A DNA stretch of 64,000 nucleotides, from NCBI RefSeq assembly GCF_030028105.1, contig NW_027278410.1, positions 62,001 through 126,000 of the forward strand, written 5' to 3'. The DNA comes from Mobula birostris (lineage: Eukaryota). Numbering within the stretch: position 1 is the first letter of the stretch; each line of letters begins with the position of its first letter. The position numbers and the translations under genes were made by a program. Positions 24,701 to 36,324 of the stretch are shown in pieces. A model generated the notes under the pieces. It did not search any database and was not told the DNA's origin. It saw nothing but the letters and a program-made list of their open reading frames with translations.

Positions 24701-25417
24701 CATCCTCCTTGCCCTCAGCTCTGAAAAAACCCTCAGTGACCAAGCTCATGAGAGGAAAGTTCCAAAGATCAAGGCCTCATGGAGGGAGGAAATCTCTCCC
24801 CATTTTTCCCTTCTTTCTGAGAACGTGATTATTCATTCTCAACCCCCCAGCAAGGAAGACATCCTCCTTTGAGTCCCTTCCCCATACATTCTGATGAGAT
24901 CTCCTTATGTTCTCCTGAACCTCAGAGGGTTCAGGACCCAGTCTGCCTGATCTCTCCTCTGTCTCAGGGATGGGACTGGTGGGACCTCCACCCCACTCCT
25001 GTGGCTGGTCTGTGTTTCCTCAAGGAGGGAGAACGGTTCCCATGCGTGGGTCTCTCCAGGTACCTGGTTTGGTTGGGGGGAAGGGGGTCAAAATCTCTTC
25101 ACTTGGTGAGGTGTGTGAGACCATTTGAATTCTGTATGTGTGTGAGAGGGAGCGTGCTACTGTGGATTCACATACAGTCATATACATTTCTATGTGTGCC
25201 TATTTCTCTGTTAAACTGAGTTCTGTGTATATTTGTAACTGTGTGTCTGTCAGACTGAGCTGTCTCTGTGGGAGGGGAATGTATTGGCTGTGGAACTGAG
25301 GGAAGTGTGTGCAGTCAGTGATAACCAGCTTCCTTATCTCTGCTCCTTCAGGAAGACTGGCCTGCGAAGCTGTTGGTGAGAGGCTGCCCCCCCTCCTCCC
25401 CCCCCCTCCCCGGCTCA

Positions 25418-25465
25418 ATGTGTTCCACCGACTGTGTCCTGCCCTTTCCTGGAACTGGCACGGAG
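25418..25465 (+). CDS. NFE2: NFE2 first coding exon (MCSTDCVLPFPGTGTE)
   Basis: Acceptor CCTTCAG ends at 25351, ATG at 25418, phase-0 donor GAG|GTGAGG. Resembles the MCS...VLP N-terminus recalled for fish Nfe2. Splices in frame to 27352. Confidence 0.7.
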
Positions 25466-27351
25466 GTGAGGGTCCTATCTGTCCCATGCCTGCCCCTCTC
25501 CCCTCCTTCCTCTTCCCTTCCTTCCTCTGCCCTCTACCTTCTCCCACTCCCCTCCTCATTCTGCCCTACAATTTTCCTCAACTCTTATCCCCTCCACCTC
25601 CTCTCATATCTGACCTCCACGTCTCTCCCTCTCCCAATCTCTCCCCTCCAACCCCTTCTCCTCTCACATTTCCGACCCACCTCCTCTCCCTATCCCTTCC
25701 CCTCTGTTCCCACTCTCCCTTCCTTCTCCACCCCCCCCCCCACCACGTTCTGTATATTTACCCTATCTTCAGTGTATCGGCCAAGAGCTGTTTGGTTTTG
25801 CAGGGAGGGAGATGGCTCAGGCGTGGAGTGGGACATCACTGGGAGTTGGGCTGAAGGGTTCCAAGGTCACCACAACCTCCCCACCCAATTTACAGCCAAG
25901 AAAGTGGAGTGTATACTGCTTGGACGACAGTGACCAGTGGTGTTTGTAGGGATCTGTTCTGGGACCCCTGCTCTTTGTAATTTTATAAATGACTTGGATG
26001 AGAATGTGGGAGGGTGGGTTAGTAAGTTTGCAGGTGACACAAGGACGGTGAAGTTGTTGTTGTAGTTACAATGGGACATTGGTATGATGCAGAGCTAGGT
26101 TGAGAAGTGGCAGATGGAGTTCAACCCAGAAAAGTGTGAAGTGATTCACTTTGGAAGGTCAAATTGCCGTACCAAGCTATGATGCATCAGGATAGGATGC
26201 TTCCTACGGTGCATTGATAAAAATTGGTAAGGGTAGATGGGGACATGTGGAATTTCTTTAACCTCCTGAGGAAGCAGAGGTGTTGGTGAGCTTTCTTGGC
26301 TGCGGTGTCTATGTGATTTGACCAGGACAGGCTAATGGTGATGTTCACACTTAGGAACTTAAAGTTCTCATTTGCACTTGACCACCCCCCCACCCCCGAC
26401 CCTTTCCTGAAGTCAATCCTGTACATTACTTCTGTTTATATATGTATGACTGTTTGTGATATATAAATGACCTGGATGAAAAGATAGATGGATGGGTTAG
26501 TAAATTTGAATACAGTGAAGGTTGCCAAAGAAAACAGCAGGGTTCAGACCAGTTGCAGGTCTGATCAGAGAAATGGAGGATTGAGCTTAATCCGGACAAG
26601 TGCGAGGTGTTGCACTTCGGGAGGTCAAACCGAAAGGGACAGAACACCGGTAACGGCAGGACTCTTAACAGTGTTGATGCACAGAAGGCTCTTGTGGTAA
26701 AAGTCCACAGCTCCCTGAAAGTGGCCGCACAGGTTGACAGGCCGGTAAAGAAGGCATATGCTTATTGAGTTCAAGAGTCGGGAAGTCATGTTGCAAATTT
26801 ATAAAACTCTGGTCATGCCTCATCTGGAATATTGCATTCAGTTCTGGATACCCCATCATGGGAAGGGGGTTTTGGAGAGGGTGCAGAAGAGGTTCACCAA
26901 GATGATGCCTGGATTAGAGGGACAAACTACAAAGAGGAGTTGCATAAACTTGGGTTGTTTTCACTGGAGTTGAGGGGAAACCGGATAGAGGTTTATGAGA
27001 TTATGAGAGACATAGACAGACAGTTGGTATCTTTTTCCCCAGGGTTGAAATGTCTACTACCAGAGGGCATGCATGAAAGGTTGGGGGGGGGGGGATGTAA
27101 CATCTAAGAAGATGTGGGGACAGAGAGAGGTGGGTGCCTGGAATGTGCTGCCGGGAGTGATGGTGGAGACAAATACAATAGAGGCGTTTAAAAGGCTCTT
27201 AGGTTGGCACATGAATGTGCAGGGAATAGCAGTGTAATAAGTTTGGCAGAGACATCGTGGGTTGAAGGGCCTTTTTCTGCACTGTATTATTCTCTGTTCT
27301 CAGAACTATACTTGGAGTTGACTCTGATTTCGATCTCCAACCTACCCCCAG

Positions 27352-27546
27352 TTCACACCGAGGTCTGGTTCTAACCTGGAGCTGAACTGTGCAGTGCAGC
27401 ATGGGTTTCCAAGTGCCCCCTACCCACCGCTTCCCGATGGGATCGCCCCCCAATTCTTACCATCCCTTGGGGAGAGTGCTGAGCAGACCCAGTCTGGAGA
27501 CATGGAGCTCAACTGGCAAGAACTGATGTCTTTGAGCGAGCTGCAG
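27352..27546 (+). CDS. NFE2: NFE2 second coding exon (...GDMELNWQELMSLSELQ)
   Basis: Matches the human NFE2 motif EMELTWQEIMSITELQ. Acceptor CCCCCAG ends at 27351 just after in-frame stops; donor CAG|GTAAGT, phase 0. Confidence 0.88.
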
Positions 27547-27577
27547 GTAAGTGAGGGGAAGAAGGAGCTTCCCAAGC

Positions 27578-28510
27578 AAGTGTGTGATGGGACAATGTGG
27601 AGGGAGATTCACTCAGTGTCTGACCCTGGGGGTGTGTGAGGGGACAGTGTAGAGGGAGATTCACTCTGTGTCTGACCCCAGGAGTGTGTGATGGGAGAGT
27701 GTAGAGGGAAATTCACTCTGTGTCTGAACCTGGGAGTGTCTGATGGGATGCTGTGGGGGGAGATTCACTCTGTGTCTGACCCTGGGAGTGTGTGATGGGA
27801 CGGTGTGGAGGGAGGTTCACTCTGTGTCTGACCCCAGGAGTGCGTGATGGGACAGTGTGGAGGGAGATTCACTCTGTGTCTGACCCCGCAAGTGTGTGAT
27901 GGGACGGTGTGGAGGGAGATTCACTCAGTGTCTGACCCTGGGGGTGTGTGAGGGGACAGTGTAGAGGGAGATTCACTCTGTGTCTGACTCCAGGAGTGTG
28001 TGATGGGACAGTGTGGAGGGAGATTCACTCTGTGTCTGACCCAGGGAGTGTGTGATGGGACAGTGTAGAGGGAGATTCACTCTGTGTCTGACCCTGGGAG
28101 TGTGTGATGGGACAGTGTGGAGGGAGATTCACTCTGTGTCTGACCCTGGGAGTGTGTGATGGGATGGTGTGCGGGGAGATTCACTCTGTGTCTGACCCTA
28201 GGAGTGTGTGATGGGACAGTGTAGAGGGAGATTCACTCTGTGTCTGACCCCAGGAGTGTGTCATGGGACAGTGTGGAGGGAGATTCACTCTGTGTCTGAC
28301 CCTGGGAGTGTGTGATGGGACAGTGTAGAGGGAGATTCACTCTGTGTCTGACCCCGGGAGTGTGTGATGGGACAGTGTGGAGGGAGATTCACTCTGTGTC
28401 TGACCCCGGGAGTGTGTGATGGGACAGTGTAGAGGGAGATTCACTCTGTGTCTGACCCCGGGAGTGTGTGATGGGACAGTGTGGAGGGAGAATCACTCTG
28501 TGTCTGACCC
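27578..28510. repeat. 52-bp minisatellite, left arm (about 18 units)
   Basis: Unit GGGAGTGTGTGATGGGACAGTGTGGAGGGAGATTCACTCTGTGTCTGACCCC. Confidence 0.97.
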
Positions 28511-28609
28511 TTTTTTTTACAAAATTCTTTATTACAAATGTCGGTGCTATACAATATTTACAAAACCAGTGACTAACACATTTACTACACTACAAACAGA
28601 CAATACATG

Positions 28610-31600
28610 TTAAACCAGTGTATTGCCATCCTCATCAATGATGGCATTTACACCCCGCGGAGCCCAACGGTCCCGGAACATCTCTACGGTCGCCGTGGAC
28701 TGTGCGTATTCCTTTTCAATGTTCACCCGGGCACGAACATACCCCCTAAACATAGCCAGGCAGTCCGCCCGGGGAGAACCTCCTGCCACCCTTTTCCAGG
28801 AGCCACGGATGGCAATTTTCGCCACCCCAGGAGCAAGTTGACAAGGACATCCTCATCCCTCTGTGCCCCCCTCCTTACTGGATGACCACATATGAATAGG
28901 GTGGCACTGAAATGCAACCAGAAAGCGAGAAGCAGCCCACGCAAATACGCGAAAAGGGGCTGCAGCCTCACACACTCCACTTACATACGGTACACGGTCT
29001 CCTCCAGCCCGCAGAAGTGACACGCGGCTGGGAGATCCGTGTACAAACTAAAGAACTTATTGCAGGGCACCGCTTTATGCAGCACCCTCCAGCCGAGATC
29101 CCCAAGGTGCATGGGAAGGACTCCCTTGTAGAGGGACTTCCATTGGGGACCCCCCTCACCTCCAGGTGGAAAGACCGACCGCCATGGCGTGTCGGGACGG
29201 TGGACAAATGCTTGGAAGTGGAGGGTGTGGAGCAGCAGCCCATAAAGGTACCTCCTGCCTGCATCCCTGAATGGGATTGTGGGTGTCGATGAAAGACGGC
29301 TCAAGTTGTGTGGATTCGTCTCTCGCGCAAGGCTGCGGGGCCTGGGCCGGACGAACAGCTCAGCCCGAGTCGTTCCACACACCTGAGCCGCACTGACATC
29401 CGTTGAGGCAGGGCAAGGGTCGGCCAGGACTCCGCCCTCTGCCAGAGGAGGGGATTCCCGGCCTGAGGCAACCATGTTCCAGACTCTCAGTAGGTCCTGC
29501 TAGAAGCCGGGCAGCCTCTGCAAAGCAGCACGGCTGACGCCCGCCGGTGGTAGCTGCATATCTTCGTGAAGGCAGCAGCCCCTCCGGAGGAAGAAAGTCG
29601 CCAACACGTGCCACCTGGGAGGGGGCTCGGCGTACAGGAATCTCTGCAGAGTCCTGAGGCGGAGAGCCGCCAGTCGTGTGCGTACACACACCAGCGACTG
29701 TCCGCCCTCTCCTTCTGGGAGACTCAGAACCGCTGCAGAGACCCAGTGCTTCCTGTTTCCCCAGAAGAAGTCCACTAGCTTCCTCTGCATTCTTGCGACA
29801 AAAGGGGCAGGGGGGGCCAAGGTGACCATCCGGTACCACAACATGGAGGCCACCAGCTGGTTTATGACCACCACCCTGCCTCGACAGGAAAGCACCCTGA
29901 GAAGGCCTGACCAGCGCCCTAGCCGGCCCATGACTTTTGTCTCCAGGTCCTGCCAGGTCTCCCCAGAAGGACTCAGGTAGACTCCCAGATAGAGAAGACG
30001 TCTGGTGCTCCACTCAAAAGCTCTCATCTCCTCCGGCAGGGAGTCCACCTGCCACTGGCCTACTAAGAGTCCGGAACATTTCGCCCAGTTGATCCTCGCG
30101 GAGGATGCCGCCGAGAAAACATCTTGGCACTCGCGCATCCTCCGCAGGTCACAGGGGTCTGTGATCATGAGGAGTACATCATCGGCGTAGGCCGAGAGGA
30201 CGACCCCCATATCCGGTTCGCGCAGAACCAGATCTGTCAGCCTTCTCCGAAGAAGGCCGAGGAATGGCTCGACACAGATTGCATACAGTTGACCGGACAT
30301 GGGGCACCCCTGACGCACTCCTCTTCGGAAGTGGATAGGTCCTGTCAATGATCCATTAATCTTAACTAGGCACTCTGCGGCAGAGTACAGGAGCCGAACT
30401 CGGGCCACAAAGTGTGGTCCGAGCCCAAAAGCCTGCAGGGTGCCCACCAGGAAACTGTGGTCCACCCGGTCAAACGCTTTCTCCTGGTCAAGAGAAAGAA
30501 ACGCAGCCGGGGTCCCAGTCTCCTGGAGTAGGTGGATCAGGTCCCGTACTAGGTGGACATTGTCCTGGATGGAGCGGCCCGGGACTGTGTAAGATTGGTC
30601 AGGATGGACCACTTGTCCAATTACCGAACCCAGACGGTTGGCGATTGCCCGGGCGAAGATCTTGTAGTCCGCGCACAAGAGGGAGACCGGCCGCCAGTTC
30701 TTTAGCAGGCGGAGGTCTCCCTTCTTGGGCAGTAGGACCACAACAGCTCTTCGCCATGAGAGGGGAATTTCTCCGGTGGCTAGGCTCTCCCCTAGGACAA
30801 GGCTGTAATCATCCCCCAGGACATCCCAAAAAGCCTGATAAAACTCAACACTCAGTCCATCCAAACCAGGGGACTTGCCCCTCCGGAGTTGCCGAAGGGC
30901 AGTGGACAGCTCCTCCCGAGTCAGGGGGGCATCCAGACGCACTGCGTCCTCTGGGCTGACCTTAGGCAAATCCTTCCAGACCTCATTACACGCCTCCGCA
31001 TTTGACGGATCAGGCGAGAATAAGGACCGACAGAATGAACGGACCTCGTTGTTAATTCCATCAGGGTCCGTGATGGAGGAGCCATCGGCAGCCAGCAGCT
31101 CCACTAGCTGCTTTTGAACTCCCCGCCACCTTTCCAACGAGTAGAAGAAGGGTGAGCCACGGTCCAAATCCTGCAGCATTTGGATCCGTGACCTCACGTA
31201 CGCACCTCGGGACTGCAGGAGCTGCAGGTTCCTTAGTGCGTCCTTCTTCTCCTGGTATTCCTGCCACAGCTGCTGGTCTCCAGAGGTCGGACCGAGGCGG
31301 GACTCCAGGTCAAGCAACGCTCTCTCAAGCCGCTCAACCTCAGAGCTCCGCCTCTTTGTCGACCCCCTAGTGTACTCCCGACATAAAAACCATAGCCGTA
31401 GGGAGCAGAACTCTCTCCGCCTCTCCTTCCAGGAGACCCAGAAAGCTCGGAACGAATCCCGGAATCGGCTGTCCTCCAGCAGCCGGTTGTTAAAATGCCA
31501 ATACCTGGATCCCACCCGAGGGTGTAGTGGAATAAATTCCATCCACACAAGGTGATGATCCGAGCACGACACTGGCCGCATGGAGGACGCCGACACGCGG

Positions 31601-32097
31601 GAGACGTAGGCCCGAGAGATATATATACGGTCTATCCTGGAACCCCCTTCTCTAGACCTTCTCGAGAAGGCGCTAGAGTTGGGGTGAAAATTCCGCCAGC
31701 TGTCCACCAAGTCAAAGGAGCCGACTAGCTCCTTTAACTTTTTTGCTGATGCTGGGTCGCGTTGGAGGCCCGAGCGGTCCTCCGCCTCGAGGGTACAATT
31801 GAAGTCTCCCCCGAGGATTTCGCAATCCCCAGGATCGATGGAGCTCAGCAGGGTGGACAGCTGGCAGAATAGGCGCGTCTGCATCACACCGCGCCTGGGA
31901 GCATACACATTGATAAAATGCAATGGTACGCCATCCAGGCGCACAACCAGCCAAGCAGACTCGTCCCCAGGGATGGTATGGGTTTCCTGCAGGAAACTCA
32001 CCGTATACCGTCCAACCCTGAGGGCTGAGAGATTGTTACGCCTGCGAAGAGGACCCCTGCTGCCGTTTACATTGCGACTAGCTATGGTAAGCTTCAT
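28610..32097 (-). pseudogene. Tx1 ORF2 (AP endonuclease, reverse transcriptase, C-terminal zinc finger), disrupted
   Basis: LQETH, GGDFN, SRIDRIY, SDHH; NWRPVSLL, LDQEKAFDRV, GVRQGCP, AYADD; CHFC near the C-terminus. Premature TAG at 29500-29502 (frame resumes in ORF 28981..29475) and frameshifts near 28980 and 28825. Confidence 0.92.
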
Positions 32098-32109
32098 GGC
32101 GGGAGCACA

Positions 32110-34110
32110 CTAGGTCTCAGCAGCTGTGCCCATTTCGGTGAGAGCGGAGGCGCCCTCCACCACACTGTCCGGAAAGAAAGCAAGGTTACTTTTTGCCTTC
32201 CGGGCTCGAGCGGTACCAGCGACACCCTGTGACCCACGATCCCCCGTAGGAGCGAGGCTGCTTCTCCCTCTGATGTCCCTTACTAGGTCATCGAGGAAAG
32301 ATTTTAGTTGCCGTCTGTCGTTCCCCGACACCGCATTCCTCTTTCCCTTTCCCTTTCGTCCGAGGATGACTCGCAGGGACCTCGCCAGCCTCGGCATGCT
32401 GGGCCAACGAAGCGAGGCTAGTTGAGGCCGGTGCTTGGCACCCTCAGAGGTGAGAATAAAATGCTTAATTTCCTCTACAGGTATCAAAGGGGACTTCTCA
32501 GGAGGGGTGAGGATGTCCATTGTTTCACTATCGAAAGAGTCCCCCTCCAACCTGTCACTGCAGACAGAATCCCCATCGGCCTCCCCGCATGTTCCAATAG
32601 ATGGCTGCGCTTGTGACCCATACCGCGCAGCGGGCACCTCGCTCTTACCTGCCCGCTCCACCGTCGCATCAGTTTCATCCACATTTGCAACAGTGGAGGG
32701 ACAATCCCCAGGGACTCCCTGCAAGTCATTAATTGCTGGGGTCGACGTGCACAGAATATCGCCCTCCCCAGGGGGCAGGCATAGAGGGGAACCCGGCATC
32801 TTTGGTCCAAGGGATTCACAAGCCGCCTGGTGCTGAGAATGAGAGAGCTTTGTCTCGTCTCCTCTTACACTATTCGGTACACTGGCCTCCAGAGAGGCGC
32901 TGACTTGTAGGTCCCAGGTGGAGGCCTCCAGGGCTGCCTCATTTGTGCAAACAGGGCTATCACAAGCTTTTTGCACAACCACACCATCTACCCCAGGACT
33001 GGTGGCTACATCTGGGGACTCAGGTTTAGAACCAACCCCTACCCGGATTCCCACCCCTTCCTGGGACTCTCCCGCATCTACATCCCCTGCCATCTTGCGG
33101 GAACGTTCCCTTCTCCTCTTCACGCCGGAGGAGCACACAGGTGCAGGCTTCACCGATGGGGCGGCGCTTTCTGTTTCCATCGCCCCGTCTGCTTGCGCAC
33201 CTCCCCGAGCGTGGCGTCCACTTCAGGCGAAATGGGCGTGAGCTCTGCGGCCTCAAAGGCCCGCTTCTTACTGTGTTTGGATTTCCCCTTTGCCTTCTTA
33301 CTCCGCACAGACTCCACCCCGTCCCCCACCTGAACCACAGGGAGAGGAGCAGGGACCGACCCAACCGTAGGAGTAGGGGCAGGGGTAGGGGCAGGGGCAG
33401 GGTGAGGGGCTGGGGCAGGATCACGGGCGGGGGCAGGGTCAGATGCAGGCGCAGACGCACGCGCAGGAGTAGGATCAGGGGGAGAGGTAGCTGGGGCACT
33501 GGTGCCCGAAATTGGCTCCCTCGGGTTCCGGGCGGCAGGACAGTCCCTCCGAAAGTGCCCCACCCCCCTGCACGCATGGCACCGCGGGCGCTCGGAGCTC
33601 CAGTACACCTGATAATCCACTCCCTCGTGCCGGACAGTAAACTGGCCCTCAACATCGTCCTCCCTTTCCAGCTGCATGAATACCTGACGCCGGAAAGAGA
33701 TTACGGTGCGGAGGGTGCGTCTCTTAAATTTGTGTCGGATGGCAGTGATCTCCGACCTTACTTGCCCTAAACGGGCCAGTGGGGGAAGCAAGTCCTCATT
33801 TGGAATGAAAGGCTTAACATGCCCAAGCACGATACGTTGCGTGGGGGCCGTCACCAGCTCCATAGGTAAAAAGATGTTGTCTACCGTGACTCCCCTGCTT
33901 AGGGCCCGGTGCACTAGCTCTTCATTCGCCAGATAGAACACCGCCTTTCCGAACTCCTCGGTGGCCAGAATACCACCTTTCCCAACAAGGTCTTCCATTG
34001 CCTCCGTACACTTTTCTAGTGTCATTCCAGGGCGCAAAATACATTGCACCCCACGTTCCACCTTCACCGAACGAAACAGGGCGTTGTCCGAGGCCGGGGA
34101 GGCAGCCGCC
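32110..34110 (-). pseudogene. Tx1 ORF1 (gag-like nucleic-acid-binding protein), frameshifted
   Basis: ORFs 33150..34067 and 32110..33180 overlap in different frames; zinc knuckle CHACRGVGHFRRDC; PA-rich linker; stop 12 nt before the ORF2 ATG. True start codon uncertain. Confidence 0.85.
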
Positions 34111-34661
34111 CTTGCGTAACTCCCCGAAGGCCCGCGACTCCCTGGAGACCGGTCCGGCTTGCTGGCGCTCTTTCCAGTCCGAGAATCCTACAGCGGTGCC
34201 AGTTAGAAGTCCTGGAACGAGTCGAATAACTGGCCGGGAAAGTTTGCAGTCGACAGTTCTCGCTGGTTCGGCGCCAGGAAAGGCTCCGTCGGACTTGCAG
34301 AGACCCAGGCCGGGAGAGGCCGAAACGTCCTTCCAGATGCTCCGGCACCGACACCGGACGAAAATCAGGAAAACAATGGAGGAGGAACGTTGCCCCGATG
34401 TCAATGGGGGGGAACGACGGCGTTTCCCTCCGGTTTTGGAGCGAACCGGCTCACTGGCGAGTTGCCAGCGGCCGCAGCTGGGAGCTACGCAGTTAGCAGC
34501 CGCCAACAAACCCAGCCGAAACCGGCAGTAAAACTCCACACCAGCGCCGTCACTCACTCAGTTGTCCAAGAGACTTTTAGAGCCACCTCCAAAGTATTCC
34601 ACGAACTTTATCCAGTAGTTTTGCCTCGATTTCTCCCAGCTCAGTCAGCACAGCTCCTCTA

Positions 34662-36260
34662 TGTGTCTGACTCTGGGAGTGTGTGATGGGACAGTGTGCA
34701 GGGAGATTCACTCTGTGTCTGACCCCGGGAGTGTGTGATGGGACCGTGTGGAGGGAGATTCACTCTGTGTCTGACCCCGGGATTGTATGATGGTACAGTG
34801 TGGAGGGAAATTTCACTCTGTGTCTGACCCTGGGAGTGTGTGATGGGACAGTGTGGAGAGAGCCACGCTCTGTGTCTGACCCCGGGAGTGTGTGATGGGA
34901 CAGTGTGGAGGGAGATTCACTCTGTGTCTGACCCCGGGAGTGTGTGATGGGACAGTGTAGAGGGAGATTCAATCTCTGTCTGACCCTGGGAGTGTGTGAT
35001 GGGACAGTGTGGATGGAGATTCACTCTGTGTCTGACCCTGAGAGTGTGTGATGGGACGGTGTGGAGGGAGATTCACTCTGTGTCTGACCCCAGGAGTGTG
35101 TGATGGGATGGTGTGGAGGGAGATTCACTCTGTGTCTGACGCTCAGAGTGTGTGATGGGACAGTGTAGAGGGAGATTCACTCTGTTTCTGACCCTGGGAG
35201 TGTGTGATGGGACGGTGTGGAGGGAGATTCACTCTGTGTCTGACCCCGGGAGTGTGTGATGGGACAGTGTGGAGGGAGATTCACTCTGCTTCTGACCCCG
35301 GGAGTGTGTGATGGGACAGTGTGGAGGGAGATTCACTCTGTGTCTGACCCTGGGAGTGTGTGATGGGACGGTGTGGAAGGAGATTCACTCTGTGTCTGAC
35401 CCTGGGAGTGTGTGATGGGACAGTGTAGAAGGAGATTCAATCTCTGTCTGACCCTGGGAGTGTGTGATGGGACAGTGTGGATGGAGATTCACTCTGTGTC
35501 TGACCCTGAGAGTGTGTGATGGGACGGTGTGGAGGGAGATTCACTCTGTGTCTGACCCCGGGAGTGTGTGATGGGACGGTGTGGAGGGAAATTCACTCTG
35601 TGTCTGACCCTCAGAGTGTGTGATGGGACAGTGTAGAGGGAGATTCACTCTGTGTCTGACCCTGGGAGTGTGTGATGGAACGGTGTGGAGGGAGATTCAC
35701 TCTGTGTCTGACCCCGGGAGTGTGTGATGGGACAGTGTGGAGGGAGACTCACTCTGCTTCTGACCCCGGGAGTGTGTGATGGGACAGTGTGGAGGGAGAT
35801 TCACTCTGTGTGTCTGACCGTGGGAGTGTGTGATGGGACAGTGTGGAGGGAAATTTCACTCTGTGTCTGACCCTGGGAGTGTGTGATGGGACAGTGTGGA
35901 GGGAGATTCACTCTGTGTCTGACACCGGGAGTGTGTGATGGGACAGTGTGGAGGGAGACTCACTCTGTGTCTGACCCTGGGAGTGTGTGATGGGATAGTG
36001 TGGAGGGAGAGTCACTCTGTGTCTGATTCTGGTAGTGTGTGATGGGATGGTGTGGAGGGAGATTCATTCTGTGTCTGACGCTGGGAGAGTGTGATGGGAC
36101 GGTGTGGAGGGAGATTCACTCTGTGTCTGACCCTGGGAGTGTGTGATGGGACAGTGTGGAGGGAGATTCACTCTGTGTCTGACCCCGGGAGTGTGTGATT
36201 GGACAGTGTGGAGGGAGATTCACTCTGTGTCTGACCCTGGGAGTGTGTGATGGGACAGTG
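34662..36260. repeat. 52-bp minisatellite, right arm (about 30 units)
   Basis: Same unit and orientation as 27578-28510. Confidence 0.97.
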
Positions 36261-36324
36261 CAGAAAAGTTGGCAATTCTCTTGACTCTCTCCCTTCTTCA
36301 TCTCTTCCCCTCTCTTTGTTTCAG

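Larger units (their letters stand above)
28511..34661 (-). mobile_element. Full-length but mutated Tx1-clade (L1 group) non-LTR retrotransposon
   Basis: 5'UTR, ORF1 with CCHC knuckle, ORF2 with APE endonuclease and RT, 3' AATAAA (28528-33) and A8 tail. Approximate 12-bp target duplication TGTGTCTGAC(C/T)C at 28499-28510 and 34662-34673. Confidence 0.93.

Noticed and set aside
27304-27351. Alternative NFE2 acceptor at 27303 and upstream ATG at 27401
   Set aside because: That acceptor brings in-frame TGA stops; the ATG is out of frame with the conserved MELNWQE motif.
10976-36260. Common origin of the 47-bp and 52-bp satellites
   Set aside because: Only short shared words (GGTCAG, ACAGA, TCTCCC); not convincing without alignment statistics.
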